From Sulfurovum sp. (GTDB lineage Bacteria; Campylobacterota; Campylobacteria; Campylobacterales; Sulfurovaceae): 64,000 nt of DNA. A model generated the notes under the pieces. It did not search any database and was not told where the DNA came from. It saw only the letters and a program-made list of their open reading frames with translations. The stretch's first letter is position 1; every line of letters starts with the position of its first letter. Both the position numbers and the translations under genes were made by a program. Below, in pieces: positions 40,074 to 51,023 of the stretch. Location: contig NZ_JBATIY010000079.1 of NCBI RefSeq assembly GCF_049668085.1, forward strand, positions 2,846 to 66,845, written 5' to 3'.

Positions 40074-40655
40074 ATGTCAAAAAAGCTCATACTTCTTATT
40101 GGAGCACCAGGCTCAGGAAAAACAACAGATGGCAGTCATATTGCCAAAAACCATTCAGATATCACACACTACTCTACAGGTGACCTACTCAAGAGTGAGA
40201 TAGAGAAAGGTAGTAAACTAGGAAAGATCAACAAGGCTTTCATCGATAAAGGTGAATTGGTCCCAACAGACATCGTCATTGATACGATTGTTGACGCAGT
40301 CAGAAATGCACCAACGGATATTATCTTGCTGGATGGTTTTCCAAGAAAAGAAAAACAAATGAAATTCTTTGCTGACTGTCTTAATAATATCGATGGTATA
40401 GAACTTAGCTCTGTTATTGAGATAAGAGTAAGTGAAGATGTAGCCAGAGAACGTGTATTAGGAAGTAGTGGATCCGAAAGTAAAGATCTGTTCAGTAATA
40501 CTATGAGAATCTACCAAGAGACCATAGCAGAGATAGAAGAATTCTATAACCATGACAACCTCCTCAAAGTAATCGATGGAGAGAGAGATATGGATAGTGT
40601 CATAGAAGAGATTGATACTTTTCTTCAGCAACAAGTAGATCTTCTTCCTTCATGA
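40074..40655 (+). CDS. adk: adenylate kinase
   Basis: P-loop GAPGSGKTT, plus TGDLLK and LDGFPR motifs. Confidence 0.92.
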   Translation: MSKKLILLIGAPGSGKTTDGSHIAKNHSDITHYSTGDLLKSEIEKGSKLGKINKAFIDKGELVPTDIVIDTIVDAVRNAPTDIILLDGFPRKEKQMKFFADCLNNIDGIELSSVIEIRVSEDVARERVLGSSGSESKDLFSNTMRIYQETIAEIEEFYNHDNLLKVIDGERDMDSVIEEIDTFLQQQVDLLPS

Positions 40656-40738
40656 TAGTAGGAAGCATTTTGCTTCCTGACTACCATTTTACCCTATTTT
40701 TAAATTTTCATTCATATTAATTAACAAAGGATTCCACT

Positions 40739-41509
40739 GTGTCTAAAGAGAGTATTGTAGAGAGTCTTTTAGGTAAAACTACGCAAAAAAAGAAAAGTAG
40801 AATACCTGCTAGACTTGATTTCCTTCAAAGTGCTACAGGGTTGTTTCTCGCCATTTTCATGATATTTCATATGCTTTTTGTTTCCTCTATACTTATAAGT
40901 AAAGATTTTATGCTTTCTGTCACCAAGACATTTGAACTTAGTTTCATATTTGAAGGAGGAAGCAGTATTCCTGTATTCATAACCATCTTAGTTGTATTTA
41001 TCATTTTTATATTTCATGCGTTTTTAGCAATGAGAAAGTTTCCCATATCCTATAGAGAGTTTCTTCGTCTAAAAACCCATTCTGATCTCATGAATCATGG
41101 AGATACAAAACTTTGGATCATTCAGGTCGGTACAGGGTTTGCTCTCTTCTTTTTGGGTTCAGTACATCTATATATTATGTTGACAAATCCAGGGAATATT
41201 GGTCCATATGCTTCTGCAGACAGAGTCTATAGTGACCTGATGTGGCCACTCTACATCATGCTGCTTGTAGCTGTTGAATTTCATGGTGCGATAGGTTTAT
41301 ATAGATTAAGCGTGAAGTGGGGATGGTTTGAGGGGGATGATCCTAAAAAGAGTCGAGCACGACTTAAAAAAGCAAAGTGGATATTAAGTGGTGTAATGTT
41401 GACACTGGGTGTTGCAACACTGATCGCTTATATGAAGATAGGTGCTGAACATCAGGCCAACTATGGAGAGAGATATACACCACAAGCAGAGGTACAACAT
41501 GCGCATTAG
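40739..41509 (+). CDS. frdC: fumarate reductase di-haem cytochrome b subunit
   Basis: GTG start. Five TM helices with conserved His. First gene of a frdCAB operon. Its 256 aa matches my recall of Wolinella FrdC. Confidence 0.9.
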   Translation: MSKESIVESLLGKTTQKKKSRIPARLDFLQSATGLFLAIFMIFHMLFVSSILISKDFMLSVTKTFELSFIFEGGSSIPVFITILVVFIIFIFHAFLAMRKFPISYREFLRLKTHSDLMNHGDTKLWIIQVGTGFALFFLGSVHLYIMLTNPGNIGPYASADRVYSDLMWPLYIMLLVAVEFHGAIGLYRLSVKWGWFEGDDPKKSRARLKKAKWILSGVMLTLGVATLIAYMKIGAEHQANYGERYTPQAEVQHAH

Positions 41510-43469
41510 ATATACAGATGCATTGATCATTGGAGGAGGATTGGCAGGACTTCGTTCTGCTATTGCCACAAGTGAAAGAGGTTTAGATACGATCGTTTTA
41601 AGTTTAGTACCGGTGAAGAGATCTCACTCCGCAGCAGCACAAGGTGGTATGCAAGCAAGCCTTGGGAATAGTATTATGGGTGAAGGTGACAATGAAGATG
41701 TACACTTTAGCGATACAGTAAAAGGTAGCGACTGGGGTTGTGACCAGGAAGTGGCACGGATGTTCGTTAACACTGCACCCAAAGCGATCAGAGAACTGGC
41801 TGCATGGGGTGTGCCTTGGAACCGTATATCCAGAGGTGACAGACCTGTTGTCATCAATGCGGAACATACAACGATCACAGAAAAAGATGAAGCCCACGGT
41901 CTTATCAATGCCAGAGATTTTGGTGGGACAAAAAAGTGGCGTACTTGCTATACTGCAGATGCAACAGGTCACACCATGCTTTACGCTGTCACCAATGAAG
42001 CAATGAAAAGAGGTGTAGTGATCCAAGATAAAATGGAAGCTATCTCACTTATTACTAAAGATGACCAATGTTATGGGGCCATTGTACGAGACCTAAAACA
42101 TGGTGGTCTTGTTGCGTATGTGGCAAAGGGTACGATGATCGCAACCGGTGGATACGGTCGCATCTATAAACAATCTACTAACGCAACTATATGTAAGGGT
42201 ACAGGACATGCTATCGCCCTAGAAGCCGGTGCAGCACTGGGAAATATGGAAGCGGTGCAATTCCACCCGACGCCTATTGTTCCTTCTGGGATTTTATTGA
42301 CAGAAGGGTGTCGAGGTGATGGTGGTGTACTTAGAGATAAAGATGGTTACAGATTTATGCCAGATTATGAACCTGAGAAGAAAGATCTCGCAAGTAGAGA
42401 TGTCGTAAGCAGAAGAATGTTGGAACATATCAAAAAAGGGAAAGGTGTAAAATCTCCTTATGGAGACCATCTATGGCTTGATATCTCCATTTTAGGCAGA
42501 AAACATGTTGAAAAGAACCTTAGAGATGTTCAGGATATCAGTAAGACCTTTAACGGTATTGACCCTGCAGATGAGGGTGAAAAAGGTTGGATGCCGGTTC
42601 TACCGATGCAACACTATTCCATGGGCGGGATCAGAACTACACCAAAAGGTCAAAGTATCAATATTAAAGGACTCTTCTCTTGTGGTGAAGCTGCATGCTG
42701 GGATATGCATGGCTTTAACAGACTAGGAGGGAACTCAGTAAGTGAAACAGTTGTTGCCGGTATGATCGTAGGTAACTATTTTGCTGATTATTGTAAAGAG
42801 ACTGAAATAATGATTGATACCAAAGTCGTTGAAGATGAACTCAAAAAACAAGATGATTATATTTTGGAGCTCTTAGCAAGAGATGGAGATGAAAAGATCT
42901 ATGATATCAAAGATGAAATGCGAAACATTATGCAAGAAAAAGTGGGTATTTTTAGAAATGGTAAAGATCTCGAAGAAGCAGTAGAAGAGTTAAAAATATT
43001 ACTGCAAAAAACAAAGAATATCACTGTTGCCAACAAGTGTCGATTATTAAACCCTGAACTCGAAGAGGCATACAAAGTACCTATGATGTTAAAAGTGGCT
43101 CTGTGTGTTGCTAAAGGTGCAAGAGACAGAAAAGAGAGTCGAGGTGCACACTATAGAGAAGATTATCTTAAAAGAGATGATGTAAATTGGCTCAATAAGA
43201 CCCTAAGTTACTGGGAAAATAAAGAGGATCTAGAACCTACATTAAAATATGAAGCATTAGACATCAAGAAAATGGAAATGCCTCCTGCCTTTAGAGGTTA
43301 TGGTAGAAAAGGATTTATCATGGAGAATCCATTGAGTGAACAAAGACAAAAGGAAATAGATAAGATCGTGGAAGAACACCAAGGTGACAGATACGAACTC
43401 CAAGAGAAACTGATGCCTTATGAACTGCAACAAGCATATAAACGAAAAAATGAAAGATTAGGAGATTAA
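41499..43469 (+). CDS. frdA: fumarate reductase flavoprotein subunit
   Basis: FAD motif [12 protein letters not shown], covalent-FAD His context SHSAAAQGG, and [11 protein letters not shown] 41499 overlaps frdC by 11 nt. Confidence 0.96.
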   Translation: MRIRYTDALIIGGGLAGLRSAIATSERGLDTIVLSLVPVKRSHSAAAQGGMQASLGNSIMGEGDNEDVHFSDTVKGSDWGCDQEVARMFVNTAPKAIRELAAWGVPWNRISRGDRPVVINAEHTTITEKDEAHGLINARDFGGTKKWRTCYTADATGHTMLYAVTNEAMKRGVVIQDKMEAISLITKDDQCYGAIVRDLKHGGLVAYVAKGTMIATGGYGRIYKQSTNATICKGTGHAIALEAGAALGNMEAVQFHPTPIVPSGILLTEGCRGDGGVLRDKDGYRFMPDYEPEKKDLASRDVVSRRMLEHIKKGKGVKSPYGDHLWLDISILGRKHVEKNLRDVQDISKTFNGIDPADEGEKGWMPVLPMQHYSMGGIRTTPKGQSINIKGLFSCGEAACWDMHGFNRLGGNSVSETVVAGMIVGNYFADYCKETEIMIDTKVVEDELKKQDDYILELLARDGDEKIYDIKDEMRNIMQEKVGIFRNGKDLEEAVEELKILLQKTKNITVANKCRLLNPELEEAYKVPMMLKVALCVAKGARDRKESRGAHYREDYLKRDDVNWLNKTLSYWENKEDLEPTLKYEALDIKKMEMPPAFRGYGRKGFIMENPLSEQRQKEIDKIVEEHQGDRYELQEKLMPYELQQAYKRKNERLGD

Positions 43470-43471
43470 GG

Positions 43472-44191
43472 ATGAGTAGAGAGATAACCATCACGGCCTT
43501 AAAATACAATCCTTCTGATTGTAATTCCAAACCAAAGTTTGTTGAGTATAAACTAGAAGAGACCCCTGGAATGACCCTCTACATTGCTTTAACAAAGATC
43601 AAAGCAAGTATCGATCATGATCTGAGTTCAGATTTTGTATGTAGGGCTGGTATTTGTGGGGCTTGCGGTATGGTGATCAATGGAAAACCGAGATTGGCAT
43701 GTAAAACATTAACCAGTGATTTCAAAGAGGGGAAAATAGAACTTTTACCCCTACCAACATTTAAACTCATCAAAGACCTCTCTGTCGATACGGGCTCATG
43801 GATGAAAAAGATGAGTATGCGTGTTAACTCCTGGATCGTTGCCAATGAAGAGACCGATATTTCCAAACTGGAAAAAAGAATAGAACCGGAGGTGGCTGAA
43901 GAGATCTTTGAACTGGATAGATGTATAGAGTGTGGTTTATGTGTAGCCAGTTGTTCTACGGCTATTATGAGAGAAGATTTTGTAGGCGCTGTAGGGCTGA
44001 ATAGAGTTGCACGATTTTCTATCGATCCGCACGATGCAAGAACAGATGAGGACTTTTATGAACTCATCGGTGATGATGAAGGGATCTTTGGATGTATGAG
44101 CTTACTTGCCTGCGAAGACCACTGCCCTAAAGACCTACCACTCCAGAGTAAAATAGCCTATATGCGCCGAAAGATGGTAAAGATAGATTGA
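43472..44191 (+). CDS. frdB: fumarate reductase iron-sulfur subunit
   Basis: 2Fe-2S motif [10 protein letters not shown], 4Fe-4S motif [11 protein letters not shown] and 3Fe-4S motif [12 protein letters not shown]. Confidence 0.95.
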   Translation: MSREITITALKYNPSDCNSKPKFVEYKLEETPGMTLYIALTKIKASIDHDLSSDFVCRAGICGACGMVINGKPRLACKTLTSDFKEGKIELLPLPTFKLIKDLSVDTGSWMKKMSMRVNSWIVANEETDISKLEKRIEPEVAEEIFELDRCIECGLCVASCSTAIMREDFVGAVGLNRVARFSIDPHDARTDEDFYELIGDDEGIFGCMSLLACEDHCPKDLPLQSKIAYMRRKMVKID

Positions 44192-44215
44192 TCTTTTTTC
44201 GATCTATCAGAGAAT

Positions 44216-45997
44216 TTATACTCTCTCAATAGATATTTTAACCTCTTGATAGCATGCACTTTCACCCTCTTCACTGATAACCGAAGGGGTAAGAAAGTTT
44301 AGACCTACTGTATTACTGGTGATCAATGCGATGTCAGTTCTAAGGTCTTCAGAACACTTTACTTCAAAGAGATATTCACCATACTCAGAGCAGGCTTTAA
44401 CTTTCTCACCATCTTTAAAACCAAGTACAGGGTTAAGTCTTATCCTGCTATCTCTTTTAAATTGTGTATTGATAGTCCCACGTGATTTGGGAGAGACTAA
44501 CCAAAGCATCTCAGCTTCTGATTTGTTTTTACGCTGCTTACGGTACTTAGTGATGCGCTTGGTGTTGATAAAGTTATCACTATGATCTTTGATAAACTTA
44601 AACGCATCATCCCCATCCGCGCCAAAGCCTTCACTGTAAGGCACTGCCTCATATACAGGGCTGACCAGTTCACCATTCATTTCTTTACACTGTGAAAGCC
44701 AAGTATTGATGTAGTACTCCTCGCTTTCCAGTCCATTCAGTCCAAGTGTTTCAAACATAGCTTTCGTAAAATCATACTCACTGATGCCTACTTCACTATC
44801 GACCACTTTTTTCATCGGTGTAACATATTGGTGTCCATAACTGAGTCTCACATCTTCTTTTTCAAGGAAACTCTTTGCCGGGATCACGATACGAGCCATC
44901 TTTGAAGTCTCATTTTCATGCAGACCAAAGTAGATCAGATTATCTACTCCCTCCAACTCCTTTCTTACACGGTTACTGTCAGGCATACTCTCCGCTGGAT
45001 TGCCTCCCTGTACCAGTACCGTATCGAAGTCAGAGAATGCCGTATCGACCTTAGAAACACGCTTGCAGCTAGTCTTGAACGGATTTTCAAAACCAAGTTT
45101 ACTGTCTCCTAGATAGCTTACACCACACCCTTCACGACCAAACATTCCAAGGTTAGCTGCCAGTGAATCAATCGCATGAAGAGCATAAGAACCCGTAGTG
45201 TATTTCTGCACACCAACACCAATCAAGAAGACTACTTTTCTATTATATAAATAGTTCAGTAGTCTTCCAAGATCATCAAGATCTATTTCCATATCTTGGA
45301 GTATAGCTTTTGTATGGTGTTCTCTGCTAAAATCATAAAGATCTTCATACTCAGGAGCAAACTCATCCATACGCACTTTTACTTCACGATCCTCCATGAG
45401 GATGAGACGTGAAAGCATCAATGCCACATAATAGTCTGTACCAGGAGCGATCTGAAGAAACAGATCCGCCTTCTTGGCGATCTCTGTTCTAACAGGATCG
45501 ATCACAACAAGTTTTTTTCCCTCCAGATACGGCATCATATGAGCGTTCGTCACTGTAACATTTCTACCCCATATAACAACCACTTCAGACTTCTCTATCT
45601 GTTCAAGAGGAAGTGTTTTATTGACACCTCTACCCTCTTCTATCCCTGCTGCACCTGCACCGTCACAGAGGCTTCCTTTGGTCAGTATTCCCCCTGTCTG
45701 TTCCATGAGAAGGTCACTCACCTCCTGCATCACACCTACATTGCCTGAACCTCTCCAAAGTAGGCTATTGTTAGCTTTAAGTATTGCAGCCGTTGCTGTC
45801 AATGCCTCCTCCATACTCACCTCTCTGCCATCCACTATTGGCTTGGTGATACGCGGGGTCTCATCCATATACTTGTTAAGTACAGCACAAAGTGCTCCGT
45901 TACCTGCAGGATGAGAAGCATCACCGCTGAGTTTCCCCTCCTCTACGTAGATACGACACGCATCATAGCAATCAAGTCCACAAGCTGTATAAATTAT
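44216..45997 (-). CDS. cytoplasmic molybdopterin (bis-MGD) oxidoreductase; start codon unresolved
   Basis: The track ORF begins at ATG 45868, but the frame stays open 43 codons further upstream. Those codons encode the Cys-rich Fe-S N-domain (YTACGLDCYDACRIY...GALC). The only possible upstream initiators are ATA 45997 or ATT 45994. There is no Tat signal. Confidence 0.75.
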   Translation of the reverse strand: MIYTACGLDCYDACRIYVEEGKLSGDASHPAGNGALCAVLNKYMDETPRITKPIVDGREVSMEEALTATAAILKANNSLLWRGSGNVGVMQEVSDLLMEQTGGILTKGSLCDGAGAAGIEEGRGVNKTLPLEQIEKSEVVVIWGRNVTVTNAHMMPYLEGKKLVVIDPVRTEIAKKADLFLQIAPGTDYYVALMLSRLILMEDREVKVRMDEFAPEYEDLYDFSREHHTKAILQDMEIDLDDLGRLLNYLYNRKVVFLIGVGVQKYTTGSYALHAIDSLAANLGMFGREGCGVSYLGDSKLGFENPFKTSCKRVSKVDTAFSDFDTVLVQGGNPAESMPDSNRVRKELEGVDNLIYFGLHENETSKMARIVIPAKSFLEKEDVRLSYGHQYVTPMKKVVDSEVGISEYDFTKAMFETLGLNGLESEEYYINTWLSQCKEMNGELVSPVYEAVPYSEGFGADGDDAFKFIKDHSDNFINTKRITKYRKQRKNKSEAEMLWLVSPKSRGTINTQFKRDSRIRLNPVLGFKDGEKVKACSEYGEYLFEVKCSEDLRTDIALITSNTVGLNFLTPSVISEEGESACYQEVKISIERV

Positions 45998-46701
45998 TTG
46001 ATCTCTACTTTCAGCAGTTTAGAAAAGGACCCCTTTGGCGCAGTAATATAGATCTCTGCACGGTAAGAAGAGATAAACTTCTCATCTGCCACTCTCCATA
46101 CTTTATCAACTTTATAGTCTGTTTTCTCACCATTAAGATACACAGTTTTTTGCTCTATCTGCTCCAACTCCGCAGGCTCTAAAAAAAGTACCAACTTTGC
46201 TCTGCTCGCATCTACCACTCTTGCTAAAGGTGAACCAGGAGTTACATAATCACCTTTGCGTACCATAATTTCATACAGATACATATCTTGAAGTACAATA
46301 GATTTTTTTTCAATACTGTCTTCAAGCTGAGCGATCTTATACTGCACATCCAAATACTGTGTTTTTGAAGAAGCAAAACTGTAAAATGCATTGTCTTTTT
46401 GGGTCGTGGAAGCTGTTTTCAACTTATCCATGCGTTGAAAATATGACTCTTGTCTTTTTAAAGTTTCATGAAGAATGAGAAGATTTTCATTTGATGTTTT
46501 CAAGTTCATTTTATCTAAACGATCGTCCAAATAAATAACACGTTTCTGATCTACTACACTCCCTTCAGCGTCGAGATCTACATCCATTACCAAAGCACTG
46601 ACTGCAGACTTTAGGATCACAGATTCATAAGGCTCTACTTTGGCATAGTGTACTTTTGCAAATAGGAAAAGTGGCGTAAATAATAACAGAAGAATTTTCA
46701 T
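45994..46701 (-). CDS. exported HlyD/membrane-fusion-like protein (235 aa)
   Basis: Signal peptide MKILLLLFTPLFLFA, a coiled-coil segment, and the barrel-sandwich-like motif VRKGDYVTPGSPLARVVD. Confidence 0.5.
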   Translation of the reverse strand: MKILLLLFTPLFLFAKVHYAKVEPYESVILKSAVSALVMDVDLDAEGSVVDQKRVIYLDDRLDKMNLKTSNENLLILHETLKRQESYFQRMDKLKTASTTQKDNAFYSFASSKTQYLDVQYKIAQLEDSIEKKSIVLQDMYLYEIMVRKGDYVTPGSPLARVVDASRAKLVLFLEPAELEQIEQKTVYLNGEKTDYKVDKVWRVADEKFISSYRAEIYITAPKGSFSKLLKVEIK

Positions 46702-46912
46702 TAATAATCTCTTTTTTGAATGATTATAGCAAAATAGAATTAAGTGCTAAATGTTGAATCACAATAAGTACAAAGAATATGAGTATTTCACCGGCCACTA
46801 CTTACAGTTAACTGTAAAATCAATCAAATTATATTAGGGATTATATAAAAATTATAGTACACTAATTAATACATTTTTTGAATATGCTAAATAAAGAACC
46901 TAAGAGAGACCT

Positions 46913-48436
46913 ATGCGTAAAAATAAACACTCCAATCCGATAAAGCCTTTTATCTATCTTTTTCTATTCCTTGTTTTTCTTTACCCTAATAGTATTATTG
47001 CTAATGTCCATGATCACAATGATTCCATCATCACACTACCTATACAGGCTGATCTAAGTGTCTTGGAAAAACACCTTAATAAATATATCAAAAATGATCT
47101 AGCCGACTTAGATGAGCGCGATAAGGTCTGTGTGAGACCACAACATATGAAGGTACCAACTTTTCCAAAATGCAGGATGAAAGGTTTTAAACTATCTTGC
47201 AAAGATTGGACAACTGATCTAAGAACAACCCCAAAAATAAAATGTGATGTAAAAGGCTGGATAAAAAGAAATGGGCGTATCTTGGTATCTGGTAAAGGAT
47301 CGACATTAACTTTTGCATTTCCAATTAAGGCACAAGCATCTGCGGATGGATATCTCTATGGTACAGCAAGAGCCGCAGCTGTCCTATATCTAGATGCCAC
47401 ACTACGTTTTAACAAGGACTGGACAATTTCTGTTGACATTGCACACGATTTTACCTGGTCAAGTGAACCCAATTTAAAATTGTTTGATCTCATAAAGATC
47501 AACATTAAAAAAGTCATAGAACCTAAACTTCGAAAAAGGATGGATAAATTTGCGAAGAGAGTACCGGAACTTCTTGCAAAACTTGATATAAAAGGGAAGA
47601 TGAGCGAAGAGTGGGAAGACATTCAAGAACCTTTCAAAATAGATGATGATAGAGAAACATATCTACTGTTCAGACCTGAAATTGCCGCTTGTTCTCAAAT
47701 TGATATCGTTGACCAAGTGCTTAAAAGTACTATAAGTGCAAAAGGTAAAACACAGATTTTTCTAGGTAAACCTCCTGTAGATTACAACAAAACTGAACTT
47801 ACAGATCTTGAATTGATCTGTTACCAAAAAGGAATATTTAATTTTGATCTGCCTGTCGTGGTTACATATGATGAGCTATTAGCCAGAACAAACAAAAAAC
47901 ATCCAAATGGATATATCATTGATATGCGTCAAAGTGCTATGCCAGGGATTTTAAGGATCACTAACCCAAAGATAAAAAAAGGCAGTGAAGGGAAAATAGA
48001 GATGAGCGCAGAGGTGAGTTACGATAATAGAGATGAATGGTTGAGAAGTATTGATAAATTCAATTGGTTTGATGTAAAAGGAGAAATAACTTTCACTGGT
48101 TTACCAAAAATCGACACAAAGACATCAAGCCTCGTTTTTGACGAAATGGAATATGATTCCAATACAAACAGTGATCTTTTTGATCTATTGGTCGACGCAA
48201 CGGATCTTGGACCAATACAATATTATTTTGAAAGCATCGTACAATATGATTATAGTAAAAGAATTGATAAGGCTGTCAAGAAAGCGAACAAAGCACTAAA
48301 TAGCGTCTATCATGGTGATCTCAATGTTACTGGACGTTTAGAAGAAGCTACAATAGAAGAGATTCTAGTGAACGAAGAAGGTGTTAACTTCAATACACAC
48401 CTCTCCGGTATATTGGATGTAAATGCCAAATTATAA
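46913..48436 (+). CDS. exported hypothetical protein, possibly DUF4403-like (507 aa)
   Basis: N-terminal signal/anchor. The family guess rests on size and overall pattern only. Confidence 0.45.
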   Translation: MRKNKHSNPIKPFIYLFLFLVFLYPNSIIANVHDHNDSIITLPIQADLSVLEKHLNKYIKNDLADLDERDKVCVRPQHMKVPTFPKCRMKGFKLSCKDWTTDLRTTPKIKCDVKGWIKRNGRILVSGKGSTLTFAFPIKAQASADGYLYGTARAAAVLYLDATLRFNKDWTISVDIAHDFTWSSEPNLKLFDLIKINIKKVIEPKLRKRMDKFAKRVPELLAKLDIKGKMSEEWEDIQEPFKIDDDRETYLLFRPEIAACSQIDIVDQVLKSTISAKGKTQIFLGKPPVDYNKTELTDLELICYQKGIFNFDLPVVVTYDELLARTNKKHPNGYIIDMRQSAMPGILRITNPKIKKGSEGKIEMSAEVSYDNRDEWLRSIDKFNWFDVKGEITFTGLPKIDTKTSSLVFDEMEYDSNTNSDLFDLLVDATDLGPIQYYFESIVQYDYSKRIDKAVKKANKALNSVYHGDLNVTGRLEEATIEEILVNEEGVNFNTHLSGILDVNAKL

Positions 48437-48565
48437 ATCGTAAAGAAAATTTAGTAATTTAAAAAATAAAATATATAATTATCATAGGTGCAACTTCAAG
48501 TTGTGCCCTACTTCCGTATTTATAAAACCTCCTATGTAGAACATTTTATAAGGTTTTCGTCTAAC

Positions 48566-48595
48566 TTCACAAATATTTACTCTTCTTTTCACACT
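48566..48595 (+). promoter_or_regulatory. TTCACAAA / TTCACACT direct repeats (22-nt spacing) upstream of the di-haem peroxidase-like gene
   Basis: Copies at 48566-48573 and 48588-48595, 48 nt before the start codon. Same 8-mer as in the 52.7-53.5 kb promoters. Confidence 0.3.
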
Positions 48596-48642
48596 CACTT
48601 CATACTTCTAAATTATCATATTATTTAGAAAATATTAAAGGT

Positions 48643-50847
48643 ATGGGTATGAAAATAAAATATTTAAGATCATTCTTGATAGGAAGCACACTCTTATTAA
48701 CACAAACACATGCTGATATGACAGAGCAGATATTGTCAGAGATCGCAAGCGGAGAAAGAAGTATACGACCGGAGATTCAATCGTTAAAAACTGTTCCCAT
48801 TCCAGAACCTGCAGATTTAGATGTGTATGTAAAAAACAAGCAAAATGCCATTGCTTTAGGTAAAGCACTTTTTTGGGATATGCAATTAGGTAGTGATGGT
48901 GCTACCGCCTGTGCTTCATGTCACTTTAATGCAGGTGCTGACAGCCGTGCTAAAAACCAGATTAACCCTGGTTTTGCACATGCAAACCAAGATGGAACTT
49001 CTAATTCAAGTAATGTATTTGATGAAGATCAGGGACCAAACTATCACTTAAGTGTCTCGGACTTTCCTCGTCATGTAAAATCAGATCCAAATTTATTTAT
49101 CTCAAACGTATTACGTGATACAGATGATGTATTGGGTTCCCAAGGAGTACATTACTCTTTATTCACTGAGGCTGGAGAAGGAGACCTTTTAGCTGATCCA
49201 GATGGTTTTGAAGTCGCTGGCACAAATACCAGACGTGTGCAGGCAAGAAATTCACCTACAGTCATTAATGCTGTGTTTAATCACCGACAATTTTGGGATG
49301 GACGTGCAAGCAATATCTTTAATGGTAAAAATACACATGGAGATGCGGATGTAGATGCTCTTGTCTATAAAGTAATTGATGGAAAAGCAACAGGTATAAA
49401 TATCAGTATTGATAATGCATCTTTGGCATCACAAGCTACAGACCCAATTACAAGTAATATCGAGATGTCAGCAGACGGTAGGACATGGTCGGATGTAGGA
49501 GTAGAGATCCTATTTAATGATACAGATAGCGGTCAGGGAAGAAACCAAGGAATTGGTGAAGTGACTCGTGAGATTTTAGCTGCAAAACCTTTGGCTAATC
49601 AAAAAGTTTCTCCTACAGACAGTGTCTTGGGAGAGCTTGTAGACTCAAATGGTACAGGATTAAATGTAACAAGTTATGATGCCATGATCAGAGCTGCTTT
49701 TCAGCCTGAATGGTGGAGTTCAAATGAGACCATTACATTAGAAGACAATACCACACATACACAAATGGAGTTGAACTTCTCACTCTACTTTGGTTTAGCC
49801 GTTCAACTGTATGAAGCAACACTTGTTTCAGATAACACACGTGTTGACCAATACTTAGAGGGCGATACTTCAGCATTGACTGAGCAAGAGATCGTCGGTT
49901 TCCATTTAGCTGATGCTGAAGGACGTTGTCTGAACTGTCATGGCGGTAGTGAACTTACTTTTGCTTCTGTAAGCCGTATCAACGAACAGGGTCTCACACG
50001 TAACAGGAAAGGTGACCTCATTGATGAAGGTTTTAACAACATCGGTGTACGTCCTACCTTGGATGACCTTGGTGTCGGTGGGATTGACCCTTTTGGAAAT
50101 GCATTGGGTTATGCACGTCAAACACAGTTGGGATTATACGACAACCCTAACATTGATGACACTGAAGAAATGACTGCCGACCTTGGAAATGATGGTGCAT
50201 TTAAGATTCCACCATTAAGAAATATTGCATTGACTGCACCATATTTTCATAATGGTGGAGAAAGTACACTTGAAGATGTGATAGATTTTTACTTCCGTGG
50301 TGGTAACTTTAGGGAATTTGATGAAGGTTTATCACATCCTATCATTGGATACTCGGCAGATAGAATGGAAGAATCACCAATCACTGGTTTGGGTATCTTA
50401 ACAGGTGAACTACTTGACTCAGGTCCAGGACTTGATGATGCTGATAAAGCAAGTCTTGTAGCATTTTTAAAAGCGTTGACTGACGAGCGTGTTTTATACC
50501 GTAAGGCACCGTTTGATCATCCTCAACTATTTGTACCTGCAGGACATGTTGGAGACAATACAGCTGTTGAAATGGATGAAAATGGACAGGCAAAAGATAT
50601 TTTAATTGAAATTCCAGCAGTTGGTGCAGAAGGTGGAGATCCTCTTCCAACATTCTATAAAAATTTAGCACCTGCAACTGATACAGCTATGGTGGATGAA
50701 GACCCCTCTATAACAGAAAATGTTAGTACTAGCGGAGGCGGAGGTGGTTGTACATACGATCCTAACAGTAAGCACTTTGATATGTCATTCTTGTTTATCT
50801 TGGCACTAGGACTGCTTTATCCATTTAGACGAAGAATTCAATCATAA
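48643..50847 (+). CDS. large di-haem cytochrome c peroxidase/MauG-family protein with C-terminal sorting-like tail
   Basis: Signal peptide. CASCH at 48910-48924 and CLNCH at 49927-49941. CCP/MauG hallmark FKIPPLRNIALTAPYFHNGGESTLEDVIDFY. Tail SGGGGGCTYDPNSKHFDMSFLFILALGLLYPFRRRIQS. Confidence 0.85.
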   Translation: MGMKIKYLRSFLIGSTLLLTQTHADMTEQILSEIASGERSIRPEIQSLKTVPIPEPADLDVYVKNKQNAIALGKALFWDMQLGSDGATACASCHFNAGADSRAKNQINPGFAHANQDGTSNSSNVFDEDQGPNYHLSVSDFPRHVKSDPNLFISNVLRDTDDVLGSQGVHYSLFTEAGEGDLLADPDGFEVAGTNTRRVQARNSPTVINAVFNHRQFWDGRASNIFNGKNTHGDADVDALVYKVIDGKATGINISIDNASLASQATDPITSNIEMSADGRTWSDVGVEILFNDTDSGQGRNQGIGEVTREILAAKPLANQKVSPTDSVLGELVDSNGTGLNVTSYDAMIRAAFQPEWWSSNETITLEDNTTHTQMELNFSLYFGLAVQLYEATLVSDNTRVDQYLEGDTSALTEQEIVGFHLADAEGRCLNCHGGSELTFASVSRINEQGLTRNRKGDLIDEGFNNIGVRPTLDDLGVGGIDPFGNALGYARQTQLGLYDNPNIDDTEEMTADLGNDGAFKIPPLRNIALTAPYFHNGGESTLEDVIDFYFRGGNFREFDEGLSHPIIGYSADRMEESPITGLGILTGELLDSGPGLDDADKASLVAFLKALTDERVLYRKAPFDHPQLFVPAGHVGDNTAVEMDENGQAKDILIEIPAVGAEGGDPLPTFYKNLAPATDTAMVDEDPSITENVSTSGGGGGCTYDPNSKHFDMSFLFILALGLLYPFRRRIQS

Positions 50848-50862
50848 AACCTTTATTTATTC

Positions 50863-50886
50863 CTTCCATCTCTTTAGGGATGGAAG
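50863..50886 (+). terminator. hairpin after the peroxidase-like gene
   Basis: CTTCCATC-8 nt-GATGGAAG, 16 nt after the stop. Confidence 0.5.
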
Positions 50887-51023
50887 CTTTGCATCAATAT
50901 CTACATGATCTCTAGCATATAAAACATTTCATTTAACTCAACGAATATTGCAACAGTAAACTATTTGCAGTATAATCAAAAAAACAGATAATGCTTTACT
51001 TCAAAAGTATAAAAGGATAAACG

